The notes beneath the pieces were generated by a model. That model was given only the letters and a program-made list of their open reading frames with translations. It was not told the DNA's origin and made no database searches. DNA of 64,000 bases, taken from Candidatus Thorarchaeota archaeon. Its GTDB lineage: Archaea; Asgardarchaeota; Thorarchaeia; Thorarchaeales; Thorarchaeaceae. How positions within the stretch are numbered: position 1 is the stretch's first letter; the number at the start of each line of letters is the position of its first letter. The stretch spans positions 32,001-96,000 of the forward strand of contig DXJO01000004.1 in the NCBI GenBank assembly GCA_019057475.1, read 5' to 3'. Of the stretch, positions 18,813 to 29,139 are shown one piece after another. The translations under genes and the position numbers were made by a program.

Positions 18813-19964
18813 ATGGCAACAGAAGAACTTGTGCTGAAGATAACGGGGCTCAAGACCAACTTCTATACCTACGAAGGTGTTGTTCTGGCGTTAGACGGCG
18901 TTGAGCTGTTTCTAAGGCGCGGCGACACGATGGGTCTGGTGGGCGAAACGGGCTGCGGGAAATCGGTCACGGCCAGATCAATTCTGAGGCTTGTTGAGCC
19001 GCCAGGAAAAATAGAGGAAGGTGAGATCATCTTCTTCGATTCGGATGACCGGTCCGGAAAGATTACACCAATCGATCTTCTCCAACTACACCCGGAAGAA
19101 ATGCTTCATGTTCGCGGAAAGAGAATTTCCATTGTATTCCAGGATCCGGCAACTTTTCCCAATCCAGTCTTTCGCATCGGCACTCAGATTGCTGAATCCG
19201 TCTTGCTTCATCAGGACCTCTCACGTGAAGTGGTTGAGATGAAGATTGGCGAGATGAGGAATTCCCTAACTGGCGATTTGCCCGAGGAACGCCGTAGTCA
19301 GGTAGTGGAAAAAATTAGGTACTATGAGCAGCAGCTTGATGAGCCTCCGGAACCTGATGACAAGGACAAGAAGAAAGCCGCACAGATCGTTGCTGAAGAA
19401 ATGCTGAAGCTTGTGAAAATGCCATCACCTTCTTCAGTGATGATGCAGTACCCCCATGAGCTGTCTGGTGGGATGAGGCAAAGAGCATTGATTGCAATGG
19501 CTCTTGTCTGTAATCCGGAGATCTTGATTTGTGACGAGGCCACAACAGCTCTGGATGTGACGGTTCAAGCACAAGTGCTCAATCTGTTAAACGAGCTGAA
19601 GAAGGAGATTGGGGCTTCAATAATAATAATAACACACGACATGGGTGTTGTGGCTGAAACCTGCAACTGGGTGAGCGTAATGTATGCAGGGACGACCGTA
19701 GAGTCCTGTGCAACCGTTGACCTTTTTGCAAATCCTGTTCACCCATACACTGCAGGCCTTCTGACTGCAGTTCCCAAACTACATGATACGAGGGAACGCT
19801 TCCCCCAGATACGGGGAACGGTGCCAAACCTAATTACACCCCCCTCAGGATGCCGATTTCATCCTCGATGTGACTATTGTACTGAGATATGCAAGAAGGA
19901 GAAACCCGAGCTCAAAGAGCATCGCCCAGGTCATTGGGTGGCATGTCACAACCCGTTGAGCTGA
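18813..19964 (+). CDS. peptide ABC transporter ATPase (OppD-like)
   Basis: GETGCGKS, LSGGMRQR, ICDEATTALD, C-terminal GCRFHPRC Cys motif; ~45-aa charged insertion. Confidence 0.95.
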   Translation: MATEELVLKITGLKTNFYTYEGVVLALDGVELFLRRGDTMGLVGETGCGKSVTARSILRLVEPPGKIEEGEIIFFDSDDRSGKITPIDLLQLHPEEMLHVRGKRISIVFQDPATFPNPVFRIGTQIAESVLLHQDLSREVVEMKIGEMRNSLTGDLPEERRSQVVEKIRYYEQQLDEPPEPDDKDKKKAAQIVAEEMLKLVKMPSPSSVMMQYPHELSGGMRQRALIAMALVCNPEILICDEATTALDVTVQAQVLNLLNELKKEIGASIIIITHDMGVVAETCNWVSVMYAGTTVESCATVDLFANPVHPYTAGLLTAVPKLHDTRERFPQIRGTVPNLITPPSGCRFHPRCDYCTEICKKEKPELKEHRPGHWVACHNPLS

Positions 19965-19981
19965 ACAGTGGAGGTTATGGA

Positions 19982-21007
19982 ATGTCTGACGACATATTAG
20001 TCAAAACTCGTGGACTCAAAAAGTACTTCCCCCTCACAGGTGGAGTATTCCGAAAGGTCATAGGGAAGGTTCATGCTGTCGATGGCGTAGATTTGGATAT
20101 CGCAAGAGGGGAGACCCTAGGCGTTGTGGGCGAGTCAGGCTGCGGCAAGACGACATTGGGCAGAACCATACTTCGATTACTCACCCCCACAGATGGCACT
20201 ATCGAGTTCGACGGGGTCGATATCACGGAGATTAAAGGTAGGGAACTCAGAGAAACTCGTAGGAACATGCAGATTATCTTTCAAGACCCGATGGCTTCTC
20301 TGAACCCCCGAGTCACTGTGAAGAACTCTGTAGGCGAACCATTTATTGTAAATAGAATCGCTAGAGGTCCGAGGATGCGAGATCTGGTGTTGGCCCTCTT
20401 TCTGAAGGTCGGACTCACGGAAGATCACTTGAATCGATTCCCACACGAGTTCAGCGGCGGCCAGCGTCAGCGAATTTGCATCGCAAGGGCTCTTGCACTG
20501 AACCCAAAGTTCATTGTGATGGACGAACCTACATCTAGTACCGATGTGTCAGTGCAAGCACAGACGCTCAATCTGATGAAGGACCTCCAAGATGAGTTCA
20601 AACTCACATACATGTTCATTTCACACAATCTTAGTGTTGTGAAGCATATGAGTGATCGCTTGGCGGTAATGTACCTAGGCAAGATTGTAGAGCTCACTCC
20701 TGGAGACATCTTCAGGGAAGCGCAGCATCCATACACGTTTGCACTGGTTTCGGCAGTTCCCATTCCTGACCCCAAGTTCGCTGGAAGAGCGCAGCTCCTC
20801 AAAGGGGAAGTGCCTAGCCCCATCAATCCTCCACGTGGCTGTCGTTTCCATCCAAGATGCATCTTCTGCAGGGATATCTGTACGCGTGAGGAGCCTGAGC
20901 TTAGGGACGTGGGCGATGGCCATCTGGTTGCATGCCATTTTGCTGGGGAGTTGGACTTCGGCGAGAGTGTTCAGCAAGAATACGCTGTTGCCTTGGCGGA
21001 TATGTAG
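19982..21007 (+). CDS. peptide ABC transporter ATPase (OppF-like)
   Basis: [16 protein letters not shown]; start set to the ATG after GGAGG. Confidence 0.95.
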   Translation: MSDDILVKTRGLKKYFPLTGGVFRKVIGKVHAVDGVDLDIARGETLGVVGESGCGKTTLGRTILRLLTPTDGTIEFDGVDITEIKGRELRETRRNMQIIFQDPMASLNPRVTVKNSVGEPFIVNRIARGPRMRDLVLALFLKVGLTEDHLNRFPHEFSGGQRQRICIARALALNPKFIVMDEPTSSTDVSVQAQTLNLMKDLQDEFKLTYMFISHNLSVVKHMSDRLAVMYLGKIVELTPGDIFREAQHPYTFALVSAVPIPDPKFAGRAQLLKGEVPSPINPPRGCRFHPRCIFCRDICTREEPELRDVGDGHLVACHFAGELDFGESVQQEYAVALADM

Positions 21008-21066
21008 TTCACGACCCAATCGAGCCATTAATGAACTCTACTCTCAATAATGGAGAGTGGTTAGCC

Positions 21067-21285
21067 ATGAGTTCGGAATTCACCCAACAGGACGAAAACG
21101 ATAACGAAGATGTGCCTTGGGATGATATCGTATACTATGAAGAGCAACAGGACCAGACCATTTACTTGGAAGCAACCGATTATGTCGCTCTATTCATTGC
21201 CGCCCTTCAAACGATTTTCCTGCCTTGTGTTATCTTGATGATAGTATTTGGGGCACTTGCGATTTTCCTCACCCTCATATTCTAG
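21067..21285 (+). CDS. small membrane protein
   Basis: Acidic N-terminus, then DYVALFIAALQTIFLP hydrophobic tail. Confidence 0.6.
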   Translation: MSSEFTQQDENDNEDVPWDDIVYYEEQQDQTIYLEATDYVALFIAALQTIFLPCVILMIVFGALAIFLTLIF

Positions 21286-21303
21286 GCTTCAGCAGGTGGT
21301 ACC

Positions 21304-21642
21304 GTGAGTAGCAGGAAACACTTCATTCTAGGAGCAATGACCCTTGCGAGTGTGTTGGCTGTCTTGGATATTCTTCTTGCTCTCCTGCTTCTGGCAGCAT
21401 TTGGCAATGTTTCTGTATTCCACATGGCTTCGAATTTCTTGTTTATGGAGTTTGCAGGGATGCTCATCATTGGGGGCTGTCTTATGGCAAGAGAACCTCT
21501 TGAGGATAGTAAACGATATGATGACAATGGCAACCCTGTGATGTCATGGAGAGCTGCTCTTAAGGGAAGAAAGCTCCTAGGCGCTTCATTCTTCGTGCTG
21601 GTTATGTGTGGGCTCTTTGTAGTCATAGGGAACTACATTTAG
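21304..21642 (+). CDS. small membrane protein
   Basis: Three hydrophobic segments; GGTGG RBS before GTG. Confidence 0.65.
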   Translation: MSSRKHFILGAMTLASVLAVLDILLALLLLAAFGNVSVFHMASNFLFMEFAGMLIIGGCLMAREPLEDSKRYDDNGNPVMSWRAALKGRKLLGASFFVLVMCGLFVVIGNYI

Positions 21643-22446
21643 CCGCTTACCATCCTGAATGTCGGACGGTTTCCTATTTTGTATCCTACGCCTTCGCAAT
21701 GAAGCGATAATGACCTTGGGGATGATGTAGATTAAGAGAACTGACATCGTAATCAGGTAGAAGAAGGCGAGTGGGAACCACAGATCATTTGCTACAAGTG
21801 CTGGGTCAAACAGAAGCGTGTTAGAAAACGTGACAACCAGCCATGCAAGCATTGCAGGCAAGTCTTCTCCAAGGGGTGAGATTACTATGAAGGATATGCC
21901 TATTAATCCGGAGATGCGAAGCCATCTCCCAATGGATCTGACCGCTAGGCTCACGTAGACATAATCCCCTTGATTCAGTTGCGAGAATTCCTGCTCGCTA
22001 ACTTTGGCAAGAAGCAGCTCTGATATCTTCGCTTCTCCTGGACCCATGATTACAAGCGCTCCGACTAGGAACACAATCGCTGCAGGCCCGAATGCAATGA
22101 GCGACGCCATAAAGAATACTACCACAATCAATAACGAAAGAGATACTACAATGCCAATCCCCATTACGGCAAACAAGGTCTTGCCCATCAGGAGCTCCTG
22201 AAGATATCTTCCGAGTCTGCCATGAGGGGTCCTGATTACATTCTCGGTGACCCAAGCGTGGGAGAAACAGTCTGTGTACTCGGTCTTCCCTGACAGGTCC
22301 ACTTCCGAGGTGTCAAAAAAGCCTTCCATTCTCTCTTGAAGACGAATATGGCCTGCGGTTCGGTGATAACGCCGGAGTGTCGCAGCGACGATGATGACCC
22401 CAGTGAAAAACAAGGTGAGGATAAGTTCCATATCATTCAACCGCAT
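21586..22446 (-). CDS. hypothetical membrane protein
   Basis: 286-aa ORF with about 5 TM helices. Confidence 0.7.
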   Translation of the reverse strand: MRLNDMELILTLFFTGVIIVAATLRRYHRTAGHIRLQERMEGFFDTSEVDLSGKTEYTDCFSHAWVTENVIRTPHGRLGRYLQELLMGKTLFAVMGIGIVVSLSLLIVVVFFMASLIAFGPAAIVFLVGALVIMGPGEAKISELLLAKVSEQEFSQLNQGDYVYVSLAVRSIGRWLRISGLIGISFIVISPLGEDLPAMLAWLVVTFSNTLLFDPALVANDLWFPLAFFYLITMSVLLIYIIPKVIIASLRRRRIQNRKPSDIQDGKRLNVVPYDYKEPTHNQHEE

Positions 22447-22506
22447 TCATAGTTAGATGCTTGGCATAATTCCCTCAATTGAAACAAGCGTTAGAATTGT
22501 TTGTGT

Positions 22507-23442
22507 TCATTTACAGGTGACCGCCTTGTACAAAGTGTTCAGCCAGATGTGATGTGACAGCAGATCATCGCGTGCTTCAGTACCTGAGCCTGGTCCACCT
22601 ATGAAGATTCTGACTTCCCCTCGGAGTTGTGACTCTCGTCTGTTGCCAACACGTAGCCTGACATTGCTTCCGTCTGTCCTAAGTAACAATCCATGTTCAA
22701 AATACGCTCTTGGGCTTTCACAGAAAGTGTAGTCGAGCTCCTTCTGAGGTCGCGGATATATATCAGCGTCAAGGTGGCCAATCGATACACTCACAGCAAC
22801 TGGCAGACTTTCATAGTGCGGAACAGGTTTCGTTTGCCCCGGAAACTCGGGGGCAACTGCTCGCCACCTGGAATATTCAGTCTGCGTGATGCGGCCCTCA
22901 ACGATGCCGCTGAAGTCACCCCCGTTTCCACTGATTACAAGCAAGGAGTTCTTCGGGTCCATCCGGACCTTGCCATCAGACGGCCCAAGTCTCGTAACGC
23001 CCCAAGGGTTACTTGGGGACTCCGCTTTCTCCTCCCAAAGGAACCAGGGAATTGTGGTCATTGGAAGCATTCTTTCGGGGTTCTTCTCCTTTTTCTCCAT
23101 CAACTTCCAAGTGTCATCATTAATGACAAACAGTGACATACTCACGCCTGGTTTACGGGGATGGAAACGCTCGATGATGTCAGGAAGTGAGTCCCCCCCT
23201 GCTAAAAGCTCCTGTACTAGCTGAACGAGTTGACTGTGTTGTAGCTTTGTCTTCCCACTATCATCCATATCGATGCGTTGCTCAGGCGTCAGAGGGACCT
23301 CGATCATTTGCTTTCTCTCAAAGGATTCGATAGCCTCACGAGTAAAATCACAATGGGTTGACACAAGAGTGACTTTGGATGGACTGGGATAGGCTTTTCG
23401 GTCCGTGCCATCGCGACTGAGCAAATAGCTTGAAAAAGACAC
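22507..23442 (-). CDS. hypothetical protein
   Basis: 311-aa ORF; no family recognised. Confidence 0.7.
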   Translation of the reverse strand: MSFSSYLLSRDGTDRKAYPSPSKVTLVSTHCDFTREAIESFERKQMIEVPLTPEQRIDMDDSGKTKLQHSQLVQLVQELLAGGDSLPDIIERFHPRKPGVSMSLFVINDDTWKLMEKKEKNPERMLPMTTIPWFLWEEKAESPSNPWGVTRLGPSDGKVRMDPKNSLLVISGNGGDFSGIVEGRITQTEYSRWRAVAPEFPGQTKPVPHYESLPVAVSVSIGHLDADIYPRPQKELDYTFCESPRAYFEHGLLLRTDGSNVRLRVGNRRESQLRGEVRIFIGGPGSGTEARDDLLSHHIWLNTLYKAVTCK

Positions 23443-23467
23443 AGCAGTTCGTGACGCCGAGCTAATC

Positions 23468-24352
23468 TTGAAGAAGTGTACTGTGCAGGAGCTCTCTTCC
23501 GAGAACCTCGATGATTGGGTTAGGGTTTACAATCAAGGTCATCAGAGGTATAAGGGGTTTGTGCCATTCACTGAGGGTGATTTGACACATATGCTTCGCA
23601 ACAAGACCATAGACGGCGCATCGATGTACTTGGCACTGGAGGGAGTAAGGCCCGCCGCAACAGGTTGTCTCTGTTTTCCATCTCGGTCAGACACGGCGAT
23701 TCTTACAGACTTCAGCATTGTCCCAGGGTTGAATCTTGCTGCAAGTGCACTAATCGAGCACTGCTTGAAGCTTTCCAGAGAGAAGCACGCCCGTGCGCTT
23801 GTGAACTGGGTCCCTGAGGTAGCAGTTGCAGCTTCGGATGCCCTTGGTGACTTCACATTCGAGCCTTATCAAGTTCATCTCATTATGAGAAATGTTCTGT
23901 TACTAAAGCCGGAGCACACACCAGTGACTGGTATCACTGTCAAAGAAATGACTTCTTGTGAGAAGAATCCCGCAATCCCTGAGTTGCGCCAGCTTCTTCG
24001 CGAATGTCTTGACCTTCGAGAGATCCGTGATGTCAAGGCAAAGCATTGGCTACCACGTGTCATAGCGGTTGACGACGCCACCCCCAATCTTACGCTTATT
24101 GGTTTCGTATCGAAATCGAACAGGCGTGAAGCATGGATGCAGCTCATGGATTCGGAAGGTGCTGGCTTCCCGGACATTCCTCCATCGGAGGGCTTAATCC
24201 AGGAAGTGCTTGCTGTCTTGTTCAAGAAAGGAGTTCGCGATGTCAAGACGGAGATCCGATCGGAATTTCGCGTGAAGTCGCCTTTCATGTCAGCGGACTT
24301 TGAGGTCATGGAAACGGTTTACGAACTAATTCTTCCTCTTTCACATGCATAG
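23468..24352 (+). CDS. GNAT-like (tandem-domain) acetyltransferase
   Basis: N-terminal VQELSSENLDDWVRVYN helix and beta pattern, repeated C-terminal LFKKGVRDV...ADFEV element. Confidence 0.5.
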   Translation: MKKCTVQELSSENLDDWVRVYNQGHQRYKGFVPFTEGDLTHMLRNKTIDGASMYLALEGVRPAATGCLCFPSRSDTAILTDFSIVPGLNLAASALIEHCLKLSREKHARALVNWVPEVAVAASDALGDFTFEPYQVHLIMRNVLLLKPEHTPVTGITVKEMTSCEKNPAIPELRQLLRECLDLREIRDVKAKHWLPRVIAVDDATPNLTLIGFVSKSNRREAWMQLMDSEGAGFPDIPPSEGLIQEVLAVLFKKGVRDVKTEIRSEFRVKSPFMSADFEVMETVYELILPLSHA

Positions 24353-24420
24353 CATACGGTTTCGCGCCTTAGATTTTACGCGAAGAAATACTGGGCAAGA
24401 TTATAATACTAGGGTAATAC

Positions 24421-24560
24421 GTCGTCGAGCTCGTCTTTTGCCGGGAGGATAAGACACACGAGCCGCGAGGACACACCAGACAAACGCGGACATTCATCCG
24501 AGAATCGGATTGGTAACAGGAAACCCCTTTCGTGGGCGTCCGAGTTGGGCGCTCACCCCT
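24421..24560 (+). ncRNA. candidate structured small RNA
   Basis: TATA-like TTATAATA at 24401, three hairpins, no start codon in the structured part. Confidence 0.3.
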
Positions 24561-25657
24561 TATTCTTCTTCTATGTCACCCCAGCGATGACAACGAATCC
24601 AATGGTCGGTTTCAACTTCACGGTACTCTGGTATTTCCTCCTTGCAGATATCGATGGCAAATCTGCACCTTGGATGAAATGGACAGCCCTCCGGGAGGTT
24701 GGTAGGATCGGGCGGGTCTCCAGGAATCCCTCGCAGAGTAGGACGTTCGCCCCCAGCAGCCATTCTCATCATGGCGATTGTAGGGAAGCTTGACATGAGT
24801 CCCATGGTGTAGGGGTGACCCGGTTTGTGGAACATCTGGACTGCAGGACCTAGCTCCATGAACTTCCCTGCGTACATCACCGCCACTCTGTCAGACAGTT
24901 CTGCGACAACCCCTGCATCATGACTTATCAGAAGCAACGAAACATCAAACTCGTCACGAACCATTCGGAGTACATCTAGAATCTGTCGCTGGATTGTCAC
25001 GTCGAGAGCGGATGTTGGCTCATCTGCTATGACGAAACATGGTCCAGCTATGAGAGACATTGCAATGAGTATGCGCTGCGCTTCTCCTCCGCTGAAACAA
25101 CTTGGGTCCATTACAAAACGAGTACCAGAGTCAGCAAGCTTTACCAGATCAAGAAACTCGAGGACCTTCCTCTTCAACTGTATGAGTTTGAGATTACTTT
25201 CATGGACCTCCACGGGTTCTCCGGTTTGCATTCCGACGCTGAATTGAGGGTTCAGTGCATGGGCAAGCCCTTGGGGCATCATTGATATCTGGGAACCTCG
25301 AAGCTTCGTGAACTCCTCTTCAGGCAGCCCCGTCAGCTCGATGCCCTTGAAGTATACATGTCCACGAACCCCCGGCCGTTCTTCCTCCTCATGGACGCGT
25401 TTGTTGAACTGTTTACGTAGTCCGGGAATGTTTGAGCTCCCTGCTGCATACCGTGCAATTCTCTCGAAAAGGCCCATTATTGCCAAGGCCATGCTACTCT
25501 TGCCGCATCCTGATTCACCGAGCAACCCGACGCACTCTCCCTTTCTAATTTCAAAGGTTACATCATCCACTGCTTTGACGATTCCTCTTTTCGAGGTATG
25601 GTATGCCTTTAGATTTTCAACAACGAGTAATGCGTCACCTTCGGGCATGGCAATCAC
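24560..25657 (-). CDS. stand-alone OppD-like ABC ATPase
   Basis: GESGCGKS, FSGGEAQR, IADEPTSALD, GCPFHPRC. Confidence 0.92.
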   Translation of the reverse strand: MIAMPEGDALLVVENLKAYHTSKRGIVKAVDDVTFEIRKGECVGLLGESGCGKSSMALAIMGLFERIARYAAGSSNIPGLRKQFNKRVHEEEERPGVRGHVYFKGIELTGLPEEEFTKLRGSQISMMPQGLAHALNPQFSVGMQTGEPVEVHESNLKLIQLKRKVLEFLDLVKLADSGTRFVMDPSCFSGGEAQRILIAMSLIAGPCFVIADEPTSALDVTIQRQILDVLRMVRDEFDVSLLLISHDAGVVAELSDRVAVMYAGKFMELGPAVQMFHKPGHPYTMGLMSSFPTIAMMRMAAGGERPTLRGIPGDPPDPTNLPEGCPFHPRCRFAIDICKEEIPEYREVETDHWIRCHRWGDIEEE

Positions 25658-25875
25658 GAGGGCCGAACAATCCTTCCCAGTATTAAACCGTCGGTTTCAC
25701 GTAACGCTATGAAAAGAAAAAGAGAGCAGGGAATGGATTCGTAGTGTTATTGCGATGATCGAACCGGAACCGGGCAATTCCTGATGCTTTGTATGCGCAG
25801 CCATCCAAGATGAACTAATAAGATTCGGCACCAGATGATTGCATCCTTCATCTCTCGTGGAGGATTGAATAAGCA

Positions 25876-26930
25876 ATGCCGGTTTTCGAGTCCAGTGGTT
25901 TGGTGCGGGACATCATCCTAGTGCTACATTTCGGCGTTATTTTTTACACGGTCCTCTTCGCCGCAGTGTTAATGGGAGATGGGCGCGGGACCCGAAACGG
26001 GCTTTACTCGATATTCGGTTTGCATGGGGAATCTTCCTTTTGGGTATGTGCTTGAATACAATCGCGTTCGCAATTGGGGATTTCTATTTCAATATAGCCC
26101 CATTTCACTTACTCTGGATAAAAGCTGGTTACATTGCAATGATACTGGCATTAGTTGCATTTTACTTTGCCATGGAACGAGTGCTGCCCTATCCCACTCA
26201 TCACGCTTTCTCGATATCTGGAATCATAACTGCCGCTCTAATCATCGTGTCGCCAAGTCACCTCATGGTGTATCTTGCTCTGGCAATGACCTTGGTTACT
26301 CTCTTTGGTCTCATTCTGTTCTTCATTCATTCAAGGAGGGGTACAACTGGCGAGGTGAGAAGAGACATAAATCGCATGACTATTGGCTTTCTTGTAGCCA
26401 TTATTGGGTTCATGGGGCGAGCTGACTTCTTTTACTACAACATTGGCGAATTCGTCTATCTAGCTGGGGCCGCGTTGCTTGTTACTGGGTTAGCAGTCTT
26501 CGGGTATGTGATGATTGGTTCTCCGGCCATGGCGGAACTTGACTGGAGGACGCATCTAACTAGGCTCTATGTCATAAACAAGGGTGGTGTCCTTATTTAC
26601 TATCATCACTTTGTGGATGTCCAATTTAAAGCTCAAGAGCTCACGGCCGCCGGGATTTCAGGGATACAATCACTCATGCAAGAAACAATGCAAAGCGATG
26701 CGGGACTGAACCATCTGTCGATCGGAAACTACGAAATCCTATTTGCTTATAGCGATTATTCAACTTGCATCCTTCTCTGCACGAAACCTTACCGAGTACT
26801 ACTCGACAAAGTGATCGAGTTTTCCAATCGATTCCAAAATTTGTTTGGCCCGGAACTTCGCAGCTTTGGAGGCGACATTACGCCCTTCAAATCAGCATTA
26901 GAAATAGTCGATGCTCTATTTCTAGAATGA
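25876..26930 (+). pseudogene. multi-TM membrane protein with C-terminal longin-like domain; one frameshift near 25974-25976 (real or sequencing error)
   Basis: ATG 25876 frame gives a TM helix; adding one G in ATGGGAGA joins it to the 26040..26930 frame; C-terminus LYVINKGGVLIY...AGISGIQSLMQE...FSNRFQNLF. Confidence 0.75.
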
Positions 26931-26949
26931 TATGACATCCATCGTGCCG

Positions 26950-28095
26950 TCAGAACTTCGGTAGTTCTTCGTACCTATGACAGAAAATCCAATGGCTTGG
27001 CTCTACTTCCCTGTATTCGGGGATTTGCTCTCTGCAGATGTCCTGAGCGTAATCACAACGTGGGCTAAACGGGCAACCTGGGGGCAGGTTCGTCATGTCC
27101 GGGGGTTTGCCGGGTATGCCTCGGATGCGAAACCCCTTCTCCCGTATCTTCCTGATGGTTTCCATCGAAGGATTGCTCATTATCAAGGCCCTAGTGAATG
27201 GGTGTCCGGGACTCATGAGCACAGTCTTGACGTCACCAAACTCCATTATTCTTCCCGCTGACATCACCGCTACACTATCGCAGGTTTGTGCAATCACACC
27301 TTGGTCGTTGCTTATGATCAAGAAGGCAATCTTCAGTTTATCGCGAACGAGCATGATTGCATCCAAGACTCTGCGTTGCACTCCAACATCAACTGCTGTG
27401 GTTGGCTCGTCTGCAATCATCAGCACTGGGTTTGTAATGATTGCCATCGCTATGAGGATTCTTTGGTCCTCTCCCATGCTGAATTGGCTTGGTTTCAGAT
27501 TCTTTCTGATGTCGGGGTCTGCCAATTCAACCAGGTCCAGCGCTTCCAAGACTAGTCTCGCTACTTCATGCTCCCACAAGATGGAGTCTTCATCATGAGT
27601 CCAGACCGCCTCGGCGATTTGAAGCGAAATCTTGCTGTATGGATTGAGCGACATTGCTGTTCCTTGAGGCACATATGTAATCTCGTTTCCCCGAATCTTG
27701 CGGTACTCCTTCTCATCAAGCGCAACTAGGTCATTGCCTCTGTACCATATGTGACCCTCAACTCCAGGCAACTCAATGTCCATCTCCGCCGATGCAAGGC
27801 CCTTCTTCTTGGCCTTATCTCTCAATGCCCAGAGTTGCTGGTTCTCTTTGTCCCCTGAGGTACTAGCATAATATCGTGACATTCTGTCAAAGATGCCAAG
27901 AATTGAGAGTGCGACAGATGTCTTTCCAGAGCCTGACTCACCAAAAAGCCCAACAGCCTCTCCCTCCTTAATCTCAAATGTAACATCGTTGACAGCTCTC
28001 ACAAGGCCTCTCTTCGACGTGAAGAATGCGCGAAGGTTTTCAACTCTCAGAATGGATTTATCCTTGCTGTCGGACATAGGTGAAGGACTAACCAT
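26950..28095 (-). CDS. stand-alone OppD-like ABC ATPase with degenerate signature
   Basis: GESGSGKT, FSMGEDQR, IADEPTT, H-loop ISND, GCPFSPRC. Confidence 0.9.
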   Translation of the reverse strand: MVSPSPMSDSKDKSILRVENLRAFFTSKRGLVRAVNDVTFEIKEGEAVGLFGESGSGKTSVALSILGIFDRMSRYYASTSGDKENQQLWALRDKAKKKGLASAEMDIELPGVEGHIWYRGNDLVALDEKEYRKIRGNEITYVPQGTAMSLNPYSKISLQIAEAVWTHDEDSILWEHEVARLVLEALDLVELADPDIRKNLKPSQFSMGEDQRILIAMAIITNPVLMIADEPTTAVDVGVQRRVLDAIMLVRDKLKIAFLIISNDQGVIAQTCDSVAVMSAGRIMEFGDVKTVLMSPGHPFTRALIMSNPSMETIRKIREKGFRIRGIPGKPPDMTNLPPGCPFSPRCDYAQDICREQIPEYREVEPSHWIFCHRYEELPKF

Positions 28096-28165
28096 CTTCC
28101 CACAAATAGTCTGCGGCTAAGGCATAAGGTCATGACAAGAAGATGATTATAGTGGCTCATACCTT

Positions 28166-28954
28166 GTGTGCTTAGCGATGGGACGGATACAAGTACGGTA
28201 CACAACAGCTAACGGACGTAAGGAAACTGAGGAGTTTGGCACAAGTGACCACGTCCTTAAACTAAGCTTCAGAAATATCGCTGCAATTGATCTCTCTCCG
28301 TTAGGCCTGTGCAGCGATTTGAAACTGCTTGACCTATCGAACAACGAGCTTGAGTGTCTTGATGTATCTCCATTGAAGCATTGCTTTAACTTGCAGTTTA
28401 TTCGGTGTCAACAGAACCGCCTGGAAGATATAGATCTGTCACCCCTTAGTCAGTGTGTCCGTCTTGAACTGCTGAATTTCTCAGGGAATTTGTTACAATG
28501 CGTTGCATTTCCAGACCTTGGGCATGACTGTAATCTCAAAGAGATATTTCTCTCGAATAACCAACTCGAAGGTATTGACCTCTCACAGTTGAGTCAATGC
28601 TCGCGGCTGAAGTGGCTCAAGATCGCGCATAACCGTCTACCGAATATTGATCTCTCAGCGCTCAGTAACTGTTCCTCTCTGGAGGAGCTTGACCTAAGCG
28701 CGAATAGACTTGAAGAATTGAATGTTGAACCTCTTGGCCTGTGCCCGGCTCTCCGCGAATTGTGGCTTCATGACAACGGGATGCAGAGTCTTGACGTGTC
28801 AGCGCTGTTCGAATGTCCTCAGCTGGCAACACTTCAAACCGAAGCACCAACATCGCAATTTGCACTAACTCTGAGAGCAGATGAGCAGCTAAGTAGCAGG
28901 ACACGCATCCCACCTGCTTTGGAAGACCTTCGAAGCCGAATTCATTGGGTCTAG
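28166..28954 (+). CDS. leucine-rich repeat protein
   Basis: About eight 24-aa repeats of IDLSPLxxCxxLxxLxLxxNxL. Confidence 0.92.
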   Translation: MCLAMGRIQVRYTTANGRKETEEFGTSDHVLKLSFRNIAAIDLSPLGLCSDLKLLDLSNNELECLDVSPLKHCFNLQFIRCQQNRLEDIDLSPLSQCVRLELLNFSGNLLQCVAFPDLGHDCNLKEIFLSNNQLEGIDLSQLSQCSRLKWLKIAHNRLPNIDLSALSNCSSLEELDLSANRLEELNVEPLGLCPALRELWLHDNGMQSLDVSALFECPQLATLQTEAPTSQFALTLRADEQLSSRTRIPPALEDLRSRIHWV

Positions 28955-29139
28955 GATTGCTTTCCAACTGTATCCGTTTCAATAGCTCTTTGAGGTAGAT
29001 TGCATACTCCAGACTCTGCTTGAAGAATAGGTGAGAAGAAGGTGCTTCTTGCCTGGCGAAGAGATGGCCGTCACTGGCATCAACCAGAATGGTTAATATC
29101 CGCTAAGTTTCGGTACACTGCTAACCGAGCGATTTCTAC

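Noticed and set aside
25747-25851. 34-codon minus-strand ORF (MKDAIIWCRILL...) before a U-tract; also weak C/D-box-like words on the plus strand
   Set aside because: No RBS or recognisable motif, and the boxes are too degenerate to support either call
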